Below, piece after piece: positions 54,860-64,000 of a DNA stretch of 64,000 bases. Where the stretch lies: assembly GCF_000150275.1 (NCBI RefSeq), contig NW_002060955.1, positions 1,408,287 to 1,472,286 on the forward strand, read 5' to 3'. The stretch is from Trichoplax adhaerens (Eukaryota > Animalia > Placozoa). Positions within the stretch are counted from its first letter, which is position 1. Every line of letters starts with the position of its first letter. The notes beneath the pieces are model-generated. The model was not told the origin of the DNA. It saw nothing but the letters and a program-made list of their open reading frames with translations, and made no database searches. Both the position numbers and the translations under genes were made by a program.

Positions 54860-55650
54860 TGTAACGGTTAAAAATAGTTTATTACTTAAAATTTACTGTT
54901 GAATATTACAATCGTAGAACTTAAGACCACACAACTACACACAGCTAGCTCAAAGGCTATAGACCCGTCTCTTCCCTAAAGGAGTGAGCCTTTTATACAT
55001 ACCTAGAAAGCTTATTGACAAACATGTTTATCGAATCCGTTTCCGATCAATTCAAGTAAAATTCTACTTAACATTTCCTATACTATTCCTTATGCTACTT
55101 GACATTCGATATTGCCCCTGCAAGAGCAGGACCCTTAGCTGTAACATAATGATCTTATATAGAAGATGCCTAGTATAGTAATATCCTAATATACGAATAC
55201 TTATCACATACCGTTTAAGTACTGTATTGCATTACGTTCATAATGTACGACATCATGACCACATATAGACGACATGCTATACATATAAAGACATTATCTC
55301 AATCTCATCTAAAACCTATAAATACCCTTGTACGCTAACTCGTTAGTCAGTTCCTACATTCCTGCTATCTCAAATACCTTATCTATAACAACCATATCAT
55401 TGTTAGCCTATAACTTGTATCTCAATAAAATCCTTTATACCTTCCATCATCGTCTACCTTAAAATACTTTACGCTTTGAAGAAGATATTATTACATAGCT
55501 AGGTTCGATTGTCATCCCTCATTCTGGGCCAATCATGTGTAATTCACTGAGATGTGCTGGTGCTACTAACCGAGGCGCCTAGCAGCCTCGCTTAGCCTTT
55601 CCATTAACATCTATAACATTATCCACTAATCATCTACGATGCCCATTACA
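54860..55650. mobile_element. Older solo-LTR-like element with a probable nested element at ~55174-55495
   Basis: Outer termini TGTAACGG/CCATTACA (7/8), flanks CTCAA/CTTGA (3/5). Inner termini TATAGTAATATC/GATATTATTACA with TATAAA ~55317 and AATAAA ~55424. Absent from the duplicate unit. Confidence 0.55.
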
Positions 55651-56192
55651 CTTGATAAGTTGAATCTAAGACCGCTAGTCTACCACCTTATTTACTGTGG
55701 TATCACTGCAATCTAGTTTCCTACAGTACTATAGTATTGTGAGTTATTCAACTGTCTAGCATAGTAATTTTGCTAGAATAAAAATGTACATGACTATTGT
55801 CATGGTAATATTTCATAACGTGGAGAATAAATCTGAAATGTGACACTACTCAGATAATTCAATTTAACTAAAAATTTTCTTTACCGCTTTTTGAATATTG
55901 TTATCTTACCTGCATTATTTGTAGAAATCAAGCTGTATATCTTAGCGATTGTCTGGTTTATAGTTGTTTTAATTTAATACCGTAAAAAAGAACAGTTATA
56001 CGCCCGGGCATATTATATATTTAAAGGCGCCCGCATAAATCGCCTGATATCTTAAACTGTAGGTATAAGAACTGTGCAATATTTAATATAATTATTACGG
56101 TACAGTAAGACGAAAACTTCAGAATAAATGAGTTTATTGCTTACGACTGTACGTGATTAATTACTTGACTTACGCCAGAACTACCAACTCGT

Positions 56193-56339
56193 ATTTTTCT
56201 TAATAAATTGTTGTTCGTTTGTTTCCCATATTTTTTTTTGCTTTCGAAATTCCGTAAAGTCGACTAGAGTGCCACGAACGTAGAATCAAAGTTAGCTAAA
56301 GTTTCATAGCTTGATTTCTACACCTTACCTTTCACTACG
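56193..56339 (+). repeat. Dispersed repeat family D, copy 2
   Basis: Aligns with 4721-4875. Confidence 0.65.
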
Positions 56340-56353
56340 TCTGGACAAAATAA

Positions 56354-57449
56354 TGTAAAAAACTTAGTATTGTCATTGTAGATTATTAGATAATAATTAC
56401 CCAACAGCTTTGCAACAAGATAACGTAATGTACGATCAATACGTCAACTCCTTGAACCTAGTATCAAGGAATGATATCTGTACTATTAGGAATACTTTTG
56501 CTCTACAAGCAGACTACATAAAGACCTAGACCTAGACCTCCTCGTATTTTGCGTTAAACGCTAAGTTTAAGAATCCACTTTATTACACGATATACTGCAT
56601 TTATATACTCTTCCTCAATAGTTCATGAATCAAAGTTAGTACGATTAACTTTAGAACCATTCACTGACTTAGACATCAATTTCAGCTACAGCTCCCCAAT
56701 GCAGACAACAGTATTTACGAACATAAACATCTGATGACTAATATAGAATAGTCAGATTACGTTATGTCTTATCATGGAACATTTCCACGATAATTTACAA
56801 TCTACCATAACTAAGTTACAATCACAATGATTCGAACTAGAAGTTAACTAAATAAGGATAGGCTAACAAAATTATCCTAACATAGATATTTCTACTCTAA
56901 TACAGTATATAACACCGTCACACTATTTTTAGTATGATGTGCGGTAGTGTCTTTTCCATATTTATCTTATGATATATTTAGTAGCCCATAATTATAAACT
57001 GTAAGGGTAGACTCTATGCCAGAGTACAAATGACTATATATAGTAAGGTGATTATGCTACTAATAAGGTTAGAAGTAGAAATAGATTTATAAATCATATA
57101 TTAGGGTATGCTTAGTTCATTTTACTTTCAGTGGTAGGAATTATGTCTATTAAGATACTGTAATCATTTCTATGTTGGATTAATGATGGTTCGCCGTAAA
57201 ATATTGCGACTAATAATAAGCTGAATATCTATAAAATATGTTAGAATGCTGCTATACTGATTGTAGCTGCGAAGGCTACGGAGAGTATAATAGCAGGAGA
57301 CATTAGATTATCTGATTGTTCTTTCTAGAAGTCTTTCAATAGTTGTATTTGGCTAGAATAGAGCTATATGCAGCTAGTCTTCGTGTTAAAACTAATAAAG
57401 TTTTTAATTTTCTACAATTTTGGAATTCCTGTGATCGGATTTTATCTTA
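56354..57449 (+). mobile_element. Solo-LTR-like family B, copy 3; split by a family C insertion
   Basis: 56354-56394 matches the B 5' end (tgtaa..aacttagtattgt.attgtaga); B sequence resumes at 56923 and runs through ctaataaagtt...ggaatt...gtgatcgg. Confidence 0.8.
56395..56922 (-). mobile_element. Solo-LTR-like family C, copy 2 (nested in B, ~107-bp internal deletion)
   Basis: Colinear with 60460-61089; ends ccgtcaca; left end decayed. Confidence 0.85.
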
Positions 57450-58431
57450 AATGGATATACACTGTAAATTGATGTTAAAAATAGTTTATACAGATTTGAG
57501 ATCAATTCGCTCTGGTTTGCACCTTACAGTAACCTATATTCGATTAAGACCAAAAAATTTGCAATTCTTTCACGATTGTATTGCTAATCTAAGTTATATT
57601 ACGCACAGAATACTTATTCGTATTTAAATGATCAATTTTCCTGATATTCTAGTATTTCTAGATATGGGTACAACTATAAAACAAGAAGATATACTTTTGA
57701 TTTGGTGACACTCAATCAACGATAAAGCTTCAAAACATCGTCTGCTACAGAATTATTTCTCATATTAACCACTACATGAGCTTGGTCTTGTAAATTGATT
57801 TGTTCTTAATTTCTATGAATTTGAAATAACTGGCATACCATGTGCTAGGAGTAATTAATTGTAACAATGCCTTCTAGTTAAAGATAGTATCAATGATAAC
57901 GATAATTTATAATCGTTTTGTGATGAATGTATTATTTATGCAGGTACTAATCGCTTTTAATTATCACATGTCTGCTAAACAGAATGAGTATGTACTGTAC
58001 GGGATATTTAAACAAAGACGTATTGTTTAATGACTAGTTTGATTCTTCTTGTCATAGCATCGACATTGCATACTTTCGCTGTTTTGACGGAGAGCTAATT
58101 AATTAATTAATTAATTATAGGAAGTAAGCATTCTTTGATTTCTAATGCTCTGTAGTTTATATTTTAATAAAAGCTACTGTACTGAGATAGTATATAAATA
58201 GGCGATACTAAAAATTACTGGACCTTTCCATATTACATCATTCTACGGAGAAGAATGTTTCTATATAAAGCATGTTCGAAAAGATTTACATCGATTCAAT
58301 CGATTGAATTTATCATTATTTTTATTCAACGACTCAAATTTATTAAAATAATTTTAGAAAATCTGCATCGGTTCTGATTCATCGTCATTGTCCTTGTACT
58401 TGTTCGATTTGTACAATTATCTACATTTAAA

Positions 58432-59412
58432 ATGTCTAATGATACCGTTACTAGTACCTATTTTCAATTCTATACCATATTTTCGGTTTTGGGCTTTGTT
58501 TTGACCATATTCGGTTTTGCTGCCAATTTAATTCTCTCCTATGTATTCATAACCGATAAAAACTTTCACAAAGTAACTTATTGCTTAATATTAATCTGCG
58601 TTTTATCCGATTCTATCTCTAATATAGCTTTATTTTTCGGATATACTGTAATGCTAGGAAAACTAGCGAATTATGAATCAGGAACTGTGATTTGCAAATT
58701 AGTGCTATTTATTGTCTTCTCTTCCTATGGTATTTCATTTATGAACTTAGCTTTGATTGCTGTCGATCGCTATTTTGCTGTTGTCCGACCATTAGCACTA
58801 TTCTATCGCATTTACAAGAAACGGATTCTTATTACTAGTGAATTGTCAATATTCTTTATTGTAGCTGTAATAGGGATACTAGGAAATTCTCAAATAGGTG
58901 TTCGCCAAGAAGATACTCGTTTGTGTGATAATCTTAATGTTACCAATTATAACACTATAATCATGGTGACATCGACAGTAATACGCTTTATCATTCCATC
59001 GACGATCATTATTTTCTTTTACTGGCGAATTATCGTTCATCAACGTCATTACGTTAGACCTGGACAACTTACTGCCAATCAACAAGACGAAGAACTCAAG
59101 AAGCGTAAACATATACAAGCTTTACTTAGTATTTCAGCTTTCAACGTTCTGAATACGTGGCCCTTTTCTGTTATTTATCTCATACAAGCCATTATACAAA
59201 AATCAACATATCAAATTCGAAAAGAGAGTCCTGTTTTCTTTTTCTTAAGTCTTTTATCCTTGTCACTCATTAGCAATATGACCGTTTTAAATCCGTTTAT
59301 TTACTTGAAATTTGATAAAAATGTTCGTGCTAGTGTTCATAGAATCTTTAAAAGGGCTCGATCTCTAACTTACTCTGTAAGTCGTTCAAAGTTTCGATTT
59401 ACTACTGGATAG
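58432..59412 (+). CDS. Intronless class A orphan GPCR, 326 aa; outer clade
   Basis: NDT sequon, AAN, VLSD, AVDRY, LCD, RHYVRPGQ, NTWPF, NPFIYLKFD; TM6-ECL3 most similar to gene 1129. Confidence 0.95.
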   Translation: MSNDTVTSTYFQFYTIFSVLGFVLTIFGFAANLILSYVFITDKNFHKVTYCLILICVLSDSISNIALFFGYTVMLGKLANYESGTVICKLVLFIVFSSYGISFMNLALIAVDRYFAVVRPLALFYRIYKKRILITSELSIFFIVAVIGILGNSQIGVRQEDTRLCDNLNVTNYNTIIMVTSTVIRFIIPSTIIIFFYWRIIVHQRHYVRPGQLTANQQDEELKKRKHIQALLSISAFNVLNTWPFSVIYLIQAIIQKSTYQIRKESPVFFFLSLLSLSLISNMTVLNPFIYLKFDKNVRASVHRIFKRARSLTYSVSRSKFRFTTG

Positions 59413-59894
59413 CTAATCACCCAGAAACGGTTCACTGCTTTAAATTACTAATATGATTTAATAACAATTAGGGATAGAAATATTTTTATTCACAAGATGC
59501 TGCGAAAGAATTTAATGCACAGATATGTGGTTTGAGATTAAAGATAGATTTCATAGCTATATGTAATGGATATAATAATGTTTACGAACGTTAAATACGG
59601 TATGCAATATGGTATCAAAGAATGTTCCAAATGAATTAGTAGGACTTCAATTAAATTAATGAGTTTGTCTGATTGAAATAAATCTACAACATAATGTTGT
59701 TTATAATATAGGAACTGCGATGTCCAAGTCAAGTCTATTTTGGCAATGAAACAATTAAGAGCCATTGCACTAGGGTGTAGACAAAGTAACAAAATTTAGA
59801 TACTGAATTAAATAGTTTTAGAAAACGATGTAAACGATCCATTTTATGCAAAATGAATTAATTTGTTGTACGCTAGATTCCGAAATACATGTAG

Positions 59895-60315
59895 TGTCGT
59901 GACTGCTAGACTAACATCGCTAGATAATATTGTTCTTAAGGATTAATATCCTTAACTATGCATAGTTGTTGCCGTTATCTTGTATTGCTGTACCGGTAAA
60001 TGATAAATCAATGTTGTACGGTACAAGTATGTTTATTAGTCAATTGTATTATATTTAAAAATGGTATCTCAAGAATGTTATCGCAATGTTAGAGAAGTTA
60101 TGCATATTCATGTCAATGTTAGCGTATATAAATGAGGCGCTTTTACTATCTGGAGGAGTCGGTTAGAGTGTGAGTTAGTAAGTTAGTTAGTTGTAGTTAA
60201 TAAAGGTCGATTTCAACCACCGATAGAAAAGAAAGGAAATTTATCTGTTGTTGTTGGCTCAGCAGAAATTTTGCAAGCTTCCGTAAATTCGAAAAGATCA
60301 AACTGAGTCACAACA
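59895..60315 (+). mobile_element. 421-bp solo-LTR-like element
   Basis: Inverted termini TGTCGTGACT/AGTCACAACA (9/10); perfect TSD TGTAG; TATATAAA 60125 and AATAAA 60199. Confidence 0.9.
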
Positions 60316-60459
60316 TGTAGCTTAAAAATCGTAACACATTGTTGAGATATAGTAATTAATAAAGACCAGGCTAGTAGATACGTTAAAATATTCAATTTCC
60401 TAAGTTAAAATTAGAAGTCATCAATAAGTAGCTAAAGATAAAATTACACTAAAGCCGAT

Positions 60460-61089
60460 TGTCACAAAACAGCTTTGCAACAAGATAAGGTAATATGCGA
60501 TCAATAAGCCAGTTCCTTGAGCCACGTATCAAGGAACGATATCTGCACTATCACAAACACTTTTGCTCTACTAGCAGACTACACGAAGACTTAAACGCCT
60601 CGTATTTTACGTTAAACACTAAGTTTAAGAATCCATTTTATTACACGATTTACTGCATTTATATACTATTCCTCAATAGTTTATGAGTCATAGTTAATAC
60701 GATTAACATTGGAATCATTAACTGAATTAGATATTAAGTTTAGCTACTGCTCCCTTAATGTAGACAACAGTATTTACGAACATAGACATGTAATGACTAA
60801 TACAGAATAGTCAGATCACGATATGTTCTATCACGAAACATTTCTACGATAATTTATAATCTACCATAAGTAAATTACAATCACAATGATTGGAACTGTA
60901 AGTAGATGATTTGCATTCCCTATTATAACTATTAATTTCAGTATGTGTATATGTGTCACTGTCATAAAAAGTCAGTGCTATATTAAAACACAGTATATCC
61001 AAATTAGAAGTTAACTAAATAAGGATAGGCTAACAGAATTATCCTAACATAGATATTTCTACTGTAATATAGTATATAACACTGTCACA
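60460..61089 (-). mobile_element. Solo-LTR-like family C, copy 3 (full length, 630 bp)
   Basis: TGTCACA...GTCACA; flanks CCGAT/CAGGT (3/5); minus-strand TATATAAA (60658-60665) and AATAAA (60637-60642); homologs at 25157, 56395 and 63960. Confidence 0.87.
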
Positions 61090-62284
61090 CAGGTATATTA
61101 CCAGCGAGGAACGAGTCCAAATCTAGTCAAAACTCTAAGCTAGCTCCCCTTTCTCCTACCATAGCCTGTATAGCCGTAAATATTATCAACTTTATGTATT
61201 CTCATTCATATAAATATTACTAATTTAAATGAATTACACTATATAAAGAACTGAATCTGAATATTGATAATTAATATTAATGTTAGTCATTACAACAGCA
61301 ATAAATACCAAATGTGAAATTAACGTACATTACGTTATTTCTCTGTTTGAAAATAAACCTTGCTTAATTTTCAAATATTACTTCTAGGGTTTTCAATTGA
61401 AATTTTGAACACCTTCGAATACGTCACTAGATTAAGTTAAAAAAATTAATTAAAAGAAGGAACTCTATCTTTATTTAAGGTAAATTTTTCGAACTTCAGC
61501 AGCTTTAATTGAGAAAGTAAAAGTTTATTTATAATTAATGTAAAGATTTGTACTAAGAGTTTTAAAGCGTGGAAAAAAGCAATCGTACTGCAGAAAAAGC
61601 TTAAGTAATTTACAATTGGCTATTAAATAAAGATCTATCTCGATATCTGTAATTCTTCCCTGGTATTTATCTTCCTTATTCTTTTACTATTTGCTAGATT
61701 TCTAAACTAAACCAATGTTTTCAAAAACTTTGCCGAGCCGATATTGGCTAATTAGTCTGGTGAATATCCCAAAATGCTATAGAATCTATTAAATTTATGC
61801 AAACTTTACTTTATTACGCGTATTGGTTTATAACAATATATTATATACTAATTATTGAAGACTATGTATCTTCAGTCTAGCTATAAACGAAACTTGCTGA
61901 GGAATGAATTATACTGGAAATGCATTTCTGATATGAATATTTATAATTAGACCTTTAAAATAGCGTAGGCTTATTTTTGAAGGATATGGAAATAATAGCG
62001 AAAGAAACAGTTTTAGCGGAATATGTTCAAAACGTTGTTTGCTAACTAGTTGCATGGAAAAATTTTGCTTATTGTTCGCTATAGAGAGTGAATTAAACGA
62101 AGTTAAAAAATATTTTAGCTTCCTTATATGGATTAATTGAGAGAAACTTGATCGATGTTATTTTATTTCATTGTTGTTGTTTAGACCTTAATTGACCTAG
62201 AGCGGTATGCATCAAGAGTTTTAAAAGTTTATCAGTTTTTGATCGATATTTTCGGCTTCAACACTACTGCCTATGTCTACTGGT

Positions 62285-63820
62285 ATGATAAATAGTACCG
62301 GTAATCGATCAGAAAGATAAAATGATGAGCTATTTATTATTATTGATAAAATTAAAACTATTCTAAGAGTAATTGGCTGTATTACCAATGGTCTCTTATC
62401 GTATATTTTAATATCTGATAGATCTTTTCGAAAAGTGACATACAACCTTATACTCGTTTGCTCTTTCTCTAATGCTCTTTCAAATGCTTTAATTGCCATT
62501 GGTTACATTGTATTGTTAACGAATTTTATAAATGCTGAACAGCATTCTTTTGCTTGTAAAGCTGTCATATCGGTCGTTTTCACTTCAAATGGAATCACTT
62601 TCATGAACTTGGCTTTGATCGCGATCGATCGCTACTTTGCGATACTTAAACCACTGATGCAATTCTATCGCATTCATAAAAATGGTGTTATTCTCAGTAG
62701 CGAGATGTTTATAACTGTAATATCATTTGGATTAGTTTTACCTTTGAGAGTAGAGATAGAAACCTCAAACATGGATCAACGAGTGTGTTTTGCCTAAAGT
62801 TACACCATCTATTTCGGTTCGTATGATTATCTTATCAATGTTTGATGTTGTTCTTCCGTCTTTCTTAATGGAATATTTTTACTGGAGGATTTTATTCACC
62901 TTCGTAATTATACACGACCTGGACAACTTACTGATAATCAGATAATTACGAAGAATAGCTGGCGAAAGTACATTACAACTTTAATTTGTGCGTCCGCTTT
63001 TAGCATTGCCAACATTCAGCCATATTGTGCTTATCATTGTCACAACCCTCACTTGTGGCAAAGGAAAGTAAAGAACTCTAGTGTAGTTACTTAAAACTTG
63101 GGCATTTCTCCCAGTACTTTCAGTTCCTATGAGAGAAGTATTTGAGAACTCGATTTCTCGGCTGATCTCCACAGACAACTGACTAATTATTACACTATTC
63201 TTCACGATATGAGTCTTGCCGTTTCTTGAGCAATTACTTACTTTATTCTACAAACACACGCGCTTAAATAGGTTTCTACAGTGAATTCCAATATTAACGA
63301 GTGAGAATTCATACTTTACAAGTTACATTAATTAGTATAATACCATTACTAAATATACATGTCGATATTCTCAGACTTAGATAGCTACAAGCTATCAGGT
63401 GTTAAGACGCTTAACCTTCGTCCATATACAGCTCAATTTTTAGAGATTAACACACCTTATAAACCTACAGTAAATTAACTGCTAACAACTTCTATTTTTA
63501 TCTCATTTCTACCATCCTATTATCAGCTACAAGCGCATTAAAACATAGCACATAACCTTATCTTATCTATTCATAAGCATTCATTAATTTACAGTTACTT
63601 AATTAGTAACGGCGTACCGTGACAATCATATAGGACAGGCTATATCAGGCAAATCGTAGCCGGATGTCAATAAGGAAAATCCGACCTTGTTTTTATAGGC
63701 ATGTTATCTTTATGCTTGATTTCAAATGTCGCTATTCTCAATTCCATTATTTATATGAAATTTAGTAAAAAGATAACTTTCAAGGTTAAACTAATGTTTA
63801 AACGAATTCCATTTTTATAG
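62285..63820 (+). pseudogene. GPCR pseudogene (outer clade, closest to 58432) interrupted in TM6 by a family A element
   Basis: MINSTGNRSER* (stop 62318), then in frame ITNGLLSY..SDRSFRKVTY..AIDRY. Further stops and frameshifts follow, and RPGQ is present. Across the insert the frame reads QPYCAYH-IGQAISGKS*, then ISNVAILNSIIYMKF. Confidence 0.92.
63038..63624 (-). mobile_element. Solo-LTR-like family A, copy 2 (587 bp)
   Basis: TGTCAC/GTGACA; perfect TSD ATCAT (63033-63037, 63625-63629); near-identical to 16860-17445. Confidence 0.95.
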
Positions 63821-63959
63821 AACATTAAGTTATTTTGCATGAAAGTATCAATGTTAATTTTAATAAATCTTTCATATGGTTTTGTTAGCAATTTTTAAGA
63901 TCGTATATCATCATATCTTCCATGTACAGTATTACAATGAAAAAGATTGTATGTATCAT

Positions 63960-64000
63960 TGTCACAAAACAGCTTTGCAACAAGATAACGTAATCTACGA
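63960..64000 (-). mobile_element. Solo-LTR-like family C, copy 4 (runs off the window edge)
   Basis: tgtcacaaaacagctttgcaacaagataacgtaat matches the C terminus at 60460. Confidence 0.85.

Larger units (their letters stand above)
52341..56192 (+). repeat. ~4-kb tandem segmental duplication, unit 2 (contains intact gene 52762)
   Basis: Colinear with 48122-52083, with different inserts downstream of the gene. Confidence 0.85.

Noticed and set aside
54860-57710. Apparent 2.85-kb element with perfect CTCAA flanks
   Set aside because: The interval includes 55780-56192, which is colinear with the duplicated gene flank at 51690-52083; likely coincidence.
19026-59118. Antisense ORFs over GPCR TM regions (19026, 31036, 53481, 58879) recurring in paralogs
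   Set aside because: Shadow frames of conserved hydrophobic coding sequence; short, with variable ends and no independent signal.
1129-59412. Opsin, aminergic or vertebrate OR identity for the receptors
   Set aside because: No TM7 retinal-binding Lys, no conserved TM3 Asp3.32, and no OR signature motifs, so no gene symbol is assigned.
6491-63205. Short ORFs inside repeats and spacers (6491, 8310, 32052, 36755, 47916, 51172, 54984, 60213, 60495, 62981 and others)
   Set aside because: 60-100 aa with no recognisable domain; where homologous repeat copies exist the frames do not appear conserved.
60460-64000. LTR-C / GPCR / LTR-C read as a retroelement that captured a receptor
   Set aside because: No PBS (TGG...) or polypurine tract next to the inner LTR ends in either orientation. 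It would be revived only if the 63960 copy is followed by CCGAT rather than ATCAT beyond the window.
1-64000. CRISPR arrays, tRNA/rRNA genes, or prokaryotic defence-type systems
   Set aside because: No repeat-spacer periodicity, cloverleaf or rRNA-like sequence seen; the content is a eukaryotic GPCR cluster.

Overview
AT-rich animal genomic DNA. The compact, intronless class A GPCR array suggests a placozoan (Trichoplax-like) or similar early-branching animal, but this is inference and cannot be proven from the window. The window is one head-to-tail array of 12 intronless rhodopsin-family (7tm_1) orphan GPCR paralogs, all on the + strand and spaced about 3.5-9 kb apart. Eight are intact (1129, 10205, 21301, 30302, 37324, 45306, 52762, 58432) and four are pseudogenes (17941, 25684, 49388, 62285). 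The spacers hold about 20 short TG...CA elements (87-630 bp) from at least ten families. Many have perfect 5-bp target-site duplications (TSDs) and an internal TATA/AATAAA pair, so they look like solo LTRs, and several are nested. No gag/pol coding sequence is recognisable. Three of the four pseudogenes are physically hit by these elements (two insertions in the CDS, one LTR-to-CDS deletion). In three pairs the dead copy lies directly upstream of its closest intact sister. The receptors share an unusual invariant TM4 glutamate, and several have lost the NPxxY tyrosine. All alignments and identities were done by eye.
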